NCBI GenBank assembly: GCA_051362555.1
Contig: CM120640.1
Location: 61,482,788 to 61,546,787 of the forward strand
Origin: Lingula anatina
Taxonomy: Eukaryota > Animalia > Brachiopoda
DNA: 64,000 bases
Direction of reading: 5' to 3'
Positions 26,099 through 37,819 of the stretch are shown in pieces. Below the pieces are notes generated by a model. The model had not been told where the DNA came from. It saw only the letters and a program-made list of their open reading frames with translations, and did no database searches. Both the position numbers and the translations under genes were made by a program. Position 1 is the stretch's first letter. Each line of letters opens with the position of its first letter.

Positions 26099-29000
26099 GC
26101 ACAGAGACCACTTGTCTGCTTGGCACTTTTGTGATACATCTTGTACAATTCATCCATCAAAGTGTATACCTACTTGTAGAGAGGTGTGTTGGAGAGAACA
26201 TCTTTGAATGATAACTCGATACGATGTGACATGCATTGTACCATAATGATTTCTGGCGATATATTTCTTCTAAACAGAGCTATAACCCCTGAGATCTGTC
26301 CTGTGTTGACTGAAGCTCCATCTCCTGCAAATCCTATTATTCGCCTCTGAATGTCCTTCAATCTCAGTTCCCTGGCATTCAGGGCTGCCATTATGGCATC
26401 ATAAATACCTGCAGCATTTGCAAATGCACAAGCCACCATCCCAACAAAGTAACAATGAGTGACACCATTTATGGCGAAGTGGATATACACAACCTCATTT
26501 TCTGTAACAGAAATATCTGTAGTACCATCTGACATAACTGTAATAAAGGTAGCCTGAGATAACATGTCTTCAATCTTATTGCGCTCCACCTCTGCAATTA
26601 ATATCATAAACTGTTTGGCACTGTGTTCATTTTTGTATGTTTGACCTATGTCAATGCATTTTTTCTCATTGAGCTCACACTGCCACACAAAATCGGAAAG
26701 TGGTCGAGACTTTTTGGTAAGTGCATGAACAGTTCGTACCAGGTGCTGAACTTTATCAAAAGTTGACTTATTGAGGGCTTGAATTGACTTTTCTGCAATA
26801 CTTGTGCTAGAGGAGTCCCTTTTTGCTGACAAATATCGCTTGGCATAACGGTGTCCTTCGGACACTGCATGAGTAGCTAGTGAGTCATGCCTAAGGTTGC
26901 ATGACCCGCCTATTACAAACGCACCATGGGCATACTTGTGAAATTTATCTGGTTGTTTCCTAGAAACCAATGGTGCAAATACACTCCGACAGGTCTTGCA
27001 AAAAAGTTTGACGTTTAAACTGTCAGTGTCATCAAAAATTAACCACGAAAATTCAGTTTTCCATGATGGCACAACTGACCTTTTCCTTTTTGTGTCATCA
27101 TACACTTTATTGGACTGTCTGATATCTTCCTGCGTTTTTTTCTTGCATGCTGGGGCATCATTTTCATTATTGCTGTTAGCACCAAAATACTTGTACAAGG
27201 TGGACTGCGACTTCTTACACGCCGTCTTGTAGACTCCACATGCGTCGTGACGTCATTCAAATATTTTTTAATGAGAAAGAAATTGTAGCTTACGTAAATG
27301 TTAAGAAAATTACAATTACAGATTATAGAAAAATCAAAACTTAAACTTTGTAATAAGAAGAGATTGTGTTGTTTTGAACTTGAATGATCATGCATTGTTC
27401 GTTATTCTCGTAAACAAGCATGTAAATGCCGCGTTTGATACTTTGTATCAGACGCGAAGGATCTTTGCCCCCTGAACTACTTGGATGTCTCTGCGCTCGA
27501 CAATATGTACTTGTGTTTGCGGAATGAGCCGAGGATTGCCGCTTGAGGATCTTTGCGCTAGGCATGCCAGGAAAACGGTGACTAAGCATGTACTTTCTGT
27601 TTTAGTTCATTTGTCGAGAGTGTCGATTTCTTGAAGGGTGAGCCTCATTGTTTTTGTTTTATTTCAACCAAATGTGCTTAATATGAACGGGCATATTGAT
27701 ATACAATTATTTTAGAGGCCAGAAAATGGCCAGACCGATGGACTGGCAACTTTTGGAAAGAGACCGCCTGGGTGATAATTGAGCCGTCCCGGGCTGCCGG
27801 ACGGTCCTTATTCGTACCCTGCTCTTAGACGCTGACATGTTATTTACCAAAGATCATATTGGGTTCCTTTTCCCAACTACATATGGTAAGGTCCTAGTAC
27901 ATGTCTAGTAGTATATATAAATTATATTTTAGTGTTTACTCTAATGATTTTCCTATTTGATTACACTGGGCATTTTATTAATCAAAGTTATGAATTATTT
28001 TATTAGCCACTTTGGTCACTGTACATGTGATGTTGAAGCAAAGAAATGTACCTAATAAACAGTTGAATTTGAATTCTTCTATCTTGCAGTAAATGTATAT
28101 ATGTCTTTTTATGCCTAAAATAGGGTCTAGGATTATGAGTGCAATATTGTTCATACAATATTTTCATTAAATTTTGCAGGCACATCAACGGAAACCATAA
28201 GCTCATGGGGATTCATTATACATGGAGGAATTGATGGACAATCTCGTCTTTGTGTATTCTTGAAATGTGGTACATCTAACAAATCACAAGTTGTTATGGA
28301 GCATTTTATGGAAGCAGTCGACACTTATGGCTGTCCTCTTCGTGTGCGTTCGGATTATGGAACCGAGAACGTTGAAGTAGCACGATATATGATTGAAACA
28401 AGAGGACCTAACAGAGGCAGTTTCCCGACAGACAAGTCAACTCACAATCAACGAATAGAGAGGCTGTGGAGGGATGTCCGTGAGTGCGTGACCAGCATTT
28501 TTTCAGACATTTTCCATTTCATGGCGGATGAAGGAATTGCCAACAGGTATGATGAGCTGCATATCTTGGCCATGCATTATGTCTTTTGTCCCAGGATAAA
28601 TAGAGCCCTTGAAGAATTTAGGGAACAATGGAACAATCATCCTATGCGAACATCTCAAAACAGGAGTGCAAGTATGCTTTGGTATGAAGGGATGCTGAGG
28701 AATCCCACCCTCGTCTATGATGGGCCAGTCGAATTTAATGATTCTGATGAGCCCGTGCCAAACATTACCACCAATAACAATGTCCAAGTCCATGAACTGT
28801 CGCTTCAACTTACTCCAGATATCATTGAGATTCTTAACAACCAAACTGACCCACTCGTTGAAGATGAATGTTGAGGAATTGATACACTTAGAAGGACTGT
28901 TGACTTGCTATCACATATTGTACATGTATCATAAATATCCACATTGAAAAAAAGATAATCAGAGAATAAAGTATTTTTTTCAAGGAAAACTTATCTTTTA

Positions 29001-30137
29001 TTGAGACTTTCTCCAATATTAAACTTACAATAATAATGCATTGATACGGTAGATATAATGGCAGCATTTCTTGACTTCATGGTTTTGACTAACTGAGTTT
29101 AAAAATATAGTAATCTATGTTGAAAGTACTATGACATATTAAAAAACTACTACTCGTAGAAAAACTTCACTTTTTGAACTGCAAGACCACCAAGTCTTGA
29201 ATTGAATACTTTGGCAAATTCAATGTATTGACATTTATGGCAGGTATCAATTATTACAGTATGATATGGTTTTGACTTAGAAATTTGAAAATATAGAAAT
29301 ATGTTGAAAATCCTAAGGATAATAAAGTCCATAAAATCTCAAATTGTCAGTAGGTCCTACAAGTTAGTCTCTTATAATTGAAGGACTGCACTGCACAGCT
29401 AAATCTATCTGTTCCTTGAAATGGTCTTTCCCTGTATAGTCCCACACTGGCAGAATGATGGTAGGTCCACATGTACTACTTGTGGGTAATGGACCCTTCG
29501 GCTCCAATTCATACATCAGAAGTGGTTCACGCCCATCACCCCAGCCAATGATGGGCACTTCCTCCACTCCAGATGCAAAAAGCAATATATCTAGGGCACT
29601 AACTTTGGTTTCACCTGAGAATAACAGGAACTTCATTTCAACAATAAAACTACAAATAAAGAAATTGTGAACCAACTCTAGTCATGATAGTTTATTGATT
29701 TTTCATTTTCTTCTTTTTAAAACCTTGCAGTGGTCTGAAACACATGGATTTAGTTTCTCACATTTACTTTGTAGGACGGAATAGGATTACATGTACCTCT
29801 GTCAACCATTCTCGGATAGTCCGTCCACAATTCCATGAGGTCTTCCTCTTTTGATTGCTGATTGGCACCTTCATCAGAAACACTGGTTTGAACATTTCCA
29901 ATAAATCAGTACCAGTAACTGCCATCTTATTTCCAGCAACGAACAGTGATCGCATTGTTGTGGGAAAATTACGTATGAGGTTCAAAAACTCATAACTCTT
30001 CAGTCCATTAATGAAATCTTCTAATTCTGACCTGAAATTAAAACAATAGTTTCATTTAATCCCGGGCATCATGATTCTGATATTAACTACAACCCCTGTG
30101 GTCCTATAAATAATTGAATGTGTTGCATAAGGCCACA

Positions 30138-33100
30138 TTTTTATGTACAGACACAGATGTGTCTGTACATATAGCCATCACCTGCGTCCGTCGTCGCCGT
30201 CGCCGTGCACTTTTACCGATAACACGATAAGTGGAAAACCGTTTTTTCTTTTGGTTTGAAACTTACAGAATTTATGAATATTCATGATACGCAGGTCAAG
30301 TTCGAAAATCAGCATGATCGGGCCATTTTTAGGGTAATTATGCTATTTTTTCACTTTTTTCAGCATATATGCAGTACCGATAACACGATAAGTGGAAAAC
30401 AATTTTACCTTTTGGCTTGAAACTTACAGAACTGATGAATATTCATAATACGCAGGTCAAGTTCGAAAATCAGCATGATCGGGCCATTTTTAGGGAAGTT
30501 ATGCTGTTTTTTCACTTTTTTCAGCATATATGCAGCACCGATAACATGATTAGTGGAAAACCATTTTACCTTTTGGCTTGAAACTTACAAAACTGATAAA
30601 TATTCATAATACGCAGGTCAAGTTCGAAAATCAGCATGATCAGGCCATTTTTAGGGAATTTATGCTGTTTTTTCACTTTTTTCAGCATATATGCAGCACC
30701 GATAACACGATAGATGGAAAACCATATTACTTTTTGGCTTGAAACTTATGAAACTGATGAATATTCATAATACACAGGTCAAGTTCGAAAATCAGCATGA
30801 TCGGGCCATTTTTAGGGAAGTTATGCTGTTTTTTCACTTTTTTCAGCATTTATGCAGCAACGATAACATGATAAGTGGAAAACCATTTTACCTTTTGGCT
30901 TGAAACTTACAGAACTGATGAATATTAATAATACGCAGGTCAAGTTCGAAAATTGGCTTGATTGGACTATTTTTACAAATTTAAAGTTATGCTGTTCTTT
31001 CCCATTATTCAGCATATATGCAACACTGATAACACATTTTAAGGAAAACCAATCAGCCTTTTGTCTTGAAACTCACAGGAGTGATCAGTCTGACTAGTAT
31101 ACAGATCAAGTTTGAAAATAAGCTTGATCAGTTAAGTTTTGATGAAGTTATTAGCCCTTTTGTATATAAGTGGTTTTTCTTCAGATTTAATTCTTAGGCA
31201 TGTTGACAGTCTCATTATGGAACTAATTAGATATGAAAAAGTGTTGTTTTGACATTTTCTGCTTCTTAACAATATTGTTAGTTGATTATATAAAAATGAT
31301 GGTACACCTTTTATTGTGCATTGTGTAATAAAGTGTCAAAAATGGAAAGGAACTCATATCATTGCAGTTCGTTATATTCAATCATTCACTATGTTCAGAA
31401 TCTCAGAATGGAGCAAGTTGGACATTTATAATTGTTCTATTGATATTTTTGCTTTGATAGCATATTTTTTGATTGATCATATAAAAATGACAGTAAATTG
31501 ATTATTTTGCTTTATGTAAAAAAGGTGTTGAAAATGGAAATAAACTCTTTCAACACAGTTTTCTCTTGTTTACATTTTGGGATTTTCAAAGTATGACTCT
31601 GAACTCTATGGGCTAGTCACATTTTCTGAATATCCATGATCCTTTTATTTTATCATTAAAAAATTTATGGTTATTATGCTGTTAAGCATTGTGTAATATT
31701 GCATCAAAATTGAACAAAACCCTATTCTGGGCACTGCCTCTGTAGTGGCAGTGAAAGGAAAACCATGTCACTTGCTCTTCTCACACTTACAGGAAAGAAA
31801 CAGGACTGAAATACAGCTTCAGTTGAAAAATTGTCTCATTAGTTAATTGTTTGGAAGTAATACAGTTTTTTTGTGAAAATTTTTATCTTTCCTAGTTGCA
31901 ATTTTCAATGTGGGACTTAGAGCTCCCTTGGGCATGAAGCCTAGTGGTAATCAAATTTTTTTCTTAATGTCCATGTTTTTAATAGTAGATATTTTAAAAT
32001 TGGTGGTATTTAATTAGTTAATAATTATGTAATGTTGCATCAAAATTGACAAAAAACCTACTTTGTGCTCTGCCACCATTTTCAAAGTATGACTCTGACT
32101 CTGAAAGAGTAAAGTTTTACTTTCTATTTTTTTAACTATTCTTACAAGAATGATTCTTAGGATTGACATACAGCTCATATTAGAAAACCAGCTCTATTGG
32201 ATTATCATTTTTATTAAATTTATGCATTTTTTTGTGAAATTTTCATTTTTCTCATTCTGGCACTTTCTAATTGAAAACTTGAACTCTGATGGGCCTGGAG
32301 CCTTATGCTTTTACTTTCATCAGTATTACTGGTTGTGCATAATTAAAATTTGATGTTGACTGTGCAGTTAAACATAATGTATTATTGCATCAGAATTGGC
32401 AGTCTCCTGTTTTTGTGCATTATTGTTTTCTGCTTTTCTTAAGGTGTGACTTATGGGCCTGAAGACCTTTGATAGACAAATTTGTGTGGTCGGTCTGTAA
32501 ATTCCCCTTGGGTATTCACTAGGCTAATTTCAGTGATATAAACTCATTTGCCTAATTAAGTGGCCATAAAATGAAATTTCATTAAGCACACTTGTTGATA
32601 TTTCCCTGTTAACTCCCAAAGGTTAAGCTCTCTGCTAGATAACATAGTGTCCATAATAAGAAAGCAGTGAATAGCAGCTTCATTGGAATTATATTTTTGT
32701 TGTTTTCTTTTTAATTTTTTCTCCAACACTGGCATTTTTAATATGTGATTTTTAACTCCCATCCACCTGAGGCTCTGCAAATTTTCAGTATTTCCACATA
32801 AGCAGCTGTATTGGTATTTATGTCTTTAAACACGCTGTAATATTATTTTATGCACTGTCATCATTTTTCATATATTGGGACTTTCATCATGTGAATTTTA
32901 ACTCTCATGGTCCTGACACTGTAATCTTATTGAAAGGGTGGATTGAGACCATCTTCTGGGTCTCCTGGAAGGCAGTCAGATTTTAAAGTTTATATTAACG
33001 GGTTTCTGTTGGAAGACCATCAAAATGGAGGATGGATCAACAAAGATACTTTGGAATACTGGCAGAAAATATCTCTGGATCTGCTCCTGTTATTGAACAT

Positions 33101-33250
33101 GTTACCTGTTGTGCATGATTAAAAATCAGTGTTGACTGACTGTGCTATTATAAGCATTCATTATTGCATCAAAATTGACAAAATGACCTATTTTGCATCT
33201 TTTTTTTCTGTTTTTTGTCTGTACATTTGACAGCTTTGCTGCCTTGTTTT
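30138..33250 (+). mobile_element. HINE copy with an expanded internal tandem array
   Basis: Same 5' hairpin (30138) and 3' subTIR plus stem-loop (33215-33250) as the other copies. Confidence 0.8.
30218..31027 (+). repeat. Tandem repeat with a 161-bp unit, about 5 copies
   Basis: GATAACAYGAT-type unit starts at 30218, 30379, 30540, 30701 and 30862, an exact 161-bp period. Confidence 0.9.
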
Positions 33251-34835
33251 ATTTGTTGGATTAGGGTTCTGACCAACCTTCTTTTTCCAGAAGTTGGAAA
33301 AAAAAAATTCCAATTTTTGAATTTTATTTTCATTTGTTCCACACGACCTAACAGAATGATCATTTTTGATAATAAAATTCACCACACAGTGTTACTAAAT
33401 GCTTCTATTTCGCAATCATGTATTGTAATCACCCAAACTATTGGCATAACTGCAAATATGTAAGAGAATTGTAACTTTTCTGGACCAAAAAATTAATTTG
33501 ATTGCTGAGCATCTCGTTACCTCTGCAGCTATTCTTCGTTACCAGCCAGGATTTTTACTTTAAGTGGTGATTTCAGCAAAAATAAAAATATAATTTTTAT
33601 TTTGCCCAACTGACCTTCTCCCCTCAAATCCAACAAATAAACCAGATGTGCAATGTACACCCCCAGTACTAGTAATGCTATGATAAAGACGAAGTATTGA
33701 TTAGCAAGGATGAGATGAAATATGACTGACAGCAGCCCAGGCTTGTAACTTCCATGAGTGAATAACATGAATATGAAATTTAAACAGTAATTACGGCGGA
33801 TTCCGGAGTTATGGAAATATATCGAGGGTATACTTTTTGCGGATTGGCCTTATTTTTCGGGGGTGATGCGTTATTTGAGCCCAATATTCTGTGTGAAACG
33901 TGATTCAGGCACTTCTTTGTTCCGCATTATTGGTAAAAATTCATCAACGTGATTCGCGATTTACCCTACAATATCTACGAGATTCATGAAAACGTTTAAT
34001 TAGCGTTATGGGAATTTGTTCTAGAACGTCCAAAACTTCACTCACTATTCACAGATAAATTCAACAAAGTCTTCAAAACAAGGAAGGCAGAAAAGTGGAA
34101 ATGTTAGTAGTTCGCTAGTTTCCGGTTCAATTCATATATCATCGTCTTAGTCTCTGTCGCGGGAATTCTGACCAATGAAAATGGCTGAATATCTCTAAGC
34201 AGATGATTCCTGTCATTCAACACACGAAATAAACAATTCTGGTAATGTTATAAGTTCTTTGTATTCCTGCAAGTACGGGAATTTTCTATTTTGATGAATG
34301 GTGATAGCTTTCAATTTCTCAAAATTGGTGATTGACCTGTTTTAATTCTTCGTGATTGGTGACTAAGGGGGGGGGGGTATTCCCTACCCTCAATATCAGC
34401 CTACCTCGCGACGCATCCTGTCTAAATGAGGGTGTTGTACAATCCTGGACACCAGATCTTTGACTGCGTCTGGTGCCCCTGTGGTGTTATGCCGCAATTC
34501 TGTCAACTGACCGTCGAATTCGTTCGCCATGCTTGGTCACATGTCTATGACGTCACTGGCTTGGTCACGTGGTCTCCTGGCATGTTCTAAAACATTCTGA
34601 TGTGTTTTTTTTTCTACAACATGAACTTCAGTTCTTATGAATGATAAATGTTTCTTATCTATGATGTAGGATATTTCTGAAGAGGAAATCATTTCTGAAG
34701 TATAAAAATACTTCCTGACATGTGTATAGATATCATTTTTGGCATTGAAATCATATTTCTGAATATTATTTATTGGTTCTGGGCTGTGATAAACATGTTC
34801 TGCAATTATTTCCCCTTTGGCTTGCCATAACTGGT

Positions 34836-34935
34836 AAACCAATCAGCACCATATTCAGAAATTTGATTTTATCATCAAGGAGCTGCTCCTCTGTTTTAAT
34901 CGTGCTCAACTCCTGTGCAGTTGGGGGCCATGGCA
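34836..34935 (-). pseudogene. Chapaev/CXC-associated-like transposase fragment, continuing at 17814-17700 across the IS3EU insertion
   Basis: WPPTAQELSTIKTEEQLLDDKIKFLNMVLIG...RGEWKLPKYILLC reads in frame across the empty site. Confidence 0.5.
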
Positions 34936-35442
34936 TATTACACTAGATGTTTTAAATGCCTTCAGTATCATAAAATACAGAGCAAGTGCTGCATGTTCTG
35001 TTTGATGTGATGTTAAATGCACAGGTATCAGTTTCATTAACAGTAATTGCTGTAATAGGAGGTCCAACTCTCCAGGGTGTAGCATACAAAAGGTGGTGTA
35101 TGGTGTATGCAATTGATTTGCCTCGATGTCTACAGAGAAGCTTTTATCATTTGCAGCTTGTTACATTTCAGGCACACCAGTCTTTAAAATATTCTGCTGC
35201 TTCAGCATCCTTGTATATCCTCCTGGTGTACCTGTTGTTCATGTCCAAGTTGTTGTTGCACTCTTGCTGCTAGTTCATCCCACTTGTTTTCTTATAATGA
35301 GTGTACATTCTGAAATGCTTGTCCAGGTCCTAACTGTAGCTCTTCTTTGGTTCTCTTTAAACAGTGTGAGCTACCTCTGAAAAATGTTCTTGGTAGGTTG
35401 CAAAATTTGAAAAGCACAGAAGTAGTTGTCGTGAGTTGCTTA

Positions 35443-35655
35443 CCCTGCCATACAGTCACAGTGTGCAGCAATAACTTGACCATCTTTCCTCACAGCTATC
35501 CCAGGTTGGTAGGGTTCTTTTGCTCCCTGAGAATCTGCTCTCAAAATAAAGTCCTTTTTACATGTCTTGTAGTGAAACACTGTTTGAACCCATTCAGACA
35601 CAAGGAATTTGTGAGCATCAAGTGACTTTTAATTTTCCATAGCCTCCTGGTGTAG
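35443..35655 (-). pseudogene. SWIM zinc-finger protein fragment (accessory ORF type of ISL2EU/Kolobok-like transposons)
   Basis: *KSLDAHKFLVSEWVQTVFH...SQGAKEPYQPGIAVRKDGQVIAAHCDCMAG, ending at a GTAAGC donor. Confidence 0.65.
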
Positions 35656-35729
35656 ATCCTCACAAACATCATAATGTATGTGTTGTCAACATCGACAAAT
35701 CAATCAGGCTGTCACATGTGCATGGCAGT

Positions 35730-36425
35730 TGAGTTCTTTGACCTCTTTAGCACGGTCATCAGGCGCAATGCCTTCTAAAATCTCAGCATCATTCACGACA
35801 AACTTCGTAAGATTGAACCCACCCTCAGCTATTGCCAGTTTCATGCCTACAATCACTTCCAAGGCTTCTTCTTTTGACTTAAATGACTTCAGTAAATCAT
35901 CTACGTAAAAATGCCATAATACGGTGTCTCTAACAGGATTACCAACATCGGGATCTCTAACTGTATGCCTGTATGCCAGACTTGCACTCCGAATAAGTGC
36001 ACTTCCATGTGATAATGCATGATAGAATCATCTTCACGCCATATAAAATGCAAAGCGTTTCTGTCATATGTAGGCACAGTCACTTAATAATACGTACATT
36101 GATTGAATGTCAGCCATAACAGCTTATTTAAACTGTCTGAACCACAGAAGGGCAGTCATAAGCTGGTTCATAAGCACTGGACCTTGAAAGCATTGATTAT
36201 TTAAACTGACAGCGGAGCATTTGCATGAGCAATCAAAAACTACTCTGAATTTGTCAGGCTTGGCTGGATTCAATACTATATGTTGAGGAATATACCACAC
36301 TGTATTATCCCGTAAATCAATCTCATCATCAGGTACTCTTTCAGCGTAACTGTCAGATATCAACCTTTTCACATTGTCATCATTATTCTGATAAAAATTG
36401 GCTTTCTCTAACCTGCGTTCTAAAC
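35730..36425 (-). pseudogene. BEL/Pao LTR-retrotransposon reverse transcriptase fragment
   Basis: WYIPQHIVLNPAKPDKFRVVFDCS...SLNNQCFQGP...FRQ, LHFIWR...YHMEVHLFG and FYVDDLLKSF...GGFNLTKF. Confidence 0.85.
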
Positions 36426-37819
36426 CCTGTAAAATAAATCAGAATTCTATCATTATGACACATCAAAGAGATACGATTTTCCCTAAAAATAAAAGTAAAC
36501 TTTGACAAAACCCTTTAAATACTTTTATTTCAGTTATTTAAGCATTTAGTTTATATAAATCAAATCTGTTACATTTTACAAAAATCAACATTACACAAGT
36601 GCCAATACTAGCAAGTCTGTGTCGTAGTCTTCACATTCACTGTGTGCACTGTTGTTCTGAGCCACGCATGTTTCTTCTGAAATTCCGGTGTCACGTGTAC
36701 AGTCCGTTCTGCGTGAACCATCCGTCCTTACCGATTGTACATGCAGCAGTCACGTGTTTGAACCGTTCCGTGAATGATCCGTTGTTATTCACCTACACTG
36801 TTATACTTGGCTAGTGCATTGATTTGGCCTGTTCGTTTCCTACCTCATTACATACTTACTATAATGGGGGTATTTCTAGGTAAAATTCATGTGTTGATAC
36901 AGAGTTTGTAATTGATAATTTTGATAGAAAATTACTTCGACGCATTGCATGGATGAACCTACCGTGGACAGGCCGTCGTTATTCAGTTGTTGGCCTACTA
37001 CATGTTTTATTGTGTTGATTTTTACTAGGCTAGTGTGTTGATATATAGCCACCTGAAGGATTTTGCAGTAGAAGTAAACAATAAATACTTGCTATACATC
37101 TTACATGAACAACTATAAGATATGAATATTTCTAAAAATTATGTTTGAATTTGCAGTTTGTTCTTAATTAACAGTGTATATTTATTATACTTTGAATAAT
37201 GTTTATTTAAGTAATTTACTTAATATTGTATGTGACAAAGTCTGGGATCATGATATCCTGCTCGTTCATCATGGAGTGTGTTTGCCCTTGTAGACCATTA
37301 GATTGAGGAAATTGAAACTGAATATCTGAATGTTAGTAGGCACATCAACAGGGACATGTGCATGTATGTGTCCTGCTTTGGAATTTTACTGTGACTGGGA
37401 GGTGGGCTGGTCCTGCGAGTTGATGATTCCAATTTTTGGCACCAATATGTTTAGACTCGCATCAAGGAAGAGTTTTTGTTTTATATTTATAATCAATAGT
37501 CAAGATCCATCCTGTGTTTCCTTGGAGTTGTGGTCCCTGGCCATTGTTGCATGGAGATTTGCTTTTGTTTTGATTATTATTTTATAAGAAGTATATGAAT
37601 TTTTATAAGTATTACTATACGTTTTATCTATAATAAAAATCTTTTATTGTCTGGACAATTTTGGTCGCAATTTTTGATGAATATTTGTAATTTTTTGTTG
37701 GGTGATTGGGTTTGCTAAGGAAGAAGCAGTGCTTAATAATGGTCAGACTCAGATATATGTCTTCACAGTAATTGCTGTAATAACTTAAACATCACGAACA
37801 AATAATTTATCCCCCCCCA

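Larger units (their letters stand above)
19334..27198 (-). pseudogene. hAT transposase (ZNF862-like); exons about 27198-26099/25391-25251, 24921-24698, 24504-24275, 20237-20117, 19828-19334
   Basis: TTF-type zinc finger (SWKTEFSWL...LFCKTCR...H...EGH), MSDGTTD, FAGDGASVNTG, CMSHRIEL (CxxH), RVGGTRW and LSLPAGTSECERGFS. Disrupted by a premature TAG at 26170, frameshifts and a MITE insertion. Confidence 0.85.
19158..27821 (-). mobile_element. hAT DNA transposon (ZNF862-like transposase) inserted into the IS3EU transposase exon
   Basis: TIRs CAGGGTATGAA and TTCGTACCCTG. CTCTTAG is duplicated at 19151-19157 and 27822-27828. Excision restores the host transposase frame. Confidence 0.88.
18120..28874 (+). 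pseudogene. Intron-containing IS3/integrase-core DDE transposase of the IS3EU-type element, split by a hAT insertion
   Basis: HTH region GRPVIDINPCQVECMREMGFKWRSIAKIMSISERTV, then SDEELDNIL...GETLMIGALRTRG|IRIQRRRVRESLKRIDPVGRALR[hAT]R*HVIYQRSYWVPFPNYIW|HINGNHKL..WGFIIHGGIDGQSR...VRSDYGTEN...HNQRIERLWRDV. Introns at 18833-19087 and 27886-28179. Stops, frameshifts and an N where the first catalytic D is expected. Confidence 0.85.
29364..34530 (-). pseudogene. HECT-domain E3 ubiquitin ligase-like gene (G2E3-like HECT) carried by the IS3EU-type element; exons seen at 34530-34405, 30031-29797, 29614-29364
   Basis: SELEDFINGLKSYEFLNLIRNFPTTMRSLF...LLEMFKPVF, then DILLFASGVEEVPIIGW...LPTSSTCGPTIILP (HECT C-lobe with the catalytic Cys). 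GT-AG boundaries present, one frameshift, middle exons missing. Linking the first exon to the HECT exons is an inference. Confidence 0.7.
17821..34829. mobile_element. IS3EU-type DNA transposon, both ends present, decayed, with nested insertions
   Basis: 350-bp TIRs at 17821-18170 and 34480-34829, termini TATGA... and ...GCCATA. The 6-bp TSD ACTGGT occurs at 17815-17820 and 34830-34835. Joining the flanks restores a continuous minus-strand reading frame (FLNMVLIGLPV|ARGANQEDNK...GEWKLPKYILLC). Confidence 0.85.

Noticed and set aside
26170-27198. Domesticated host ZNF862 gene
   Set aside because: It lies between TIRs and a TSD and carries a nonsense codon, frameshifts and a MITE insertion, so it is a dead transposase.
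30218-31027. Regular repeats resembling a CRISPR array
   Set aside because: The whole 161-bp units are near-identical with no unique spacers, the context is eukaryotic and there are no cas genes.
34537-34842. 101-aa ORF on the minus strand
   Set aside because: It begins outside the element, runs through the AT-rich outer TIR and shows no recognisable domain.
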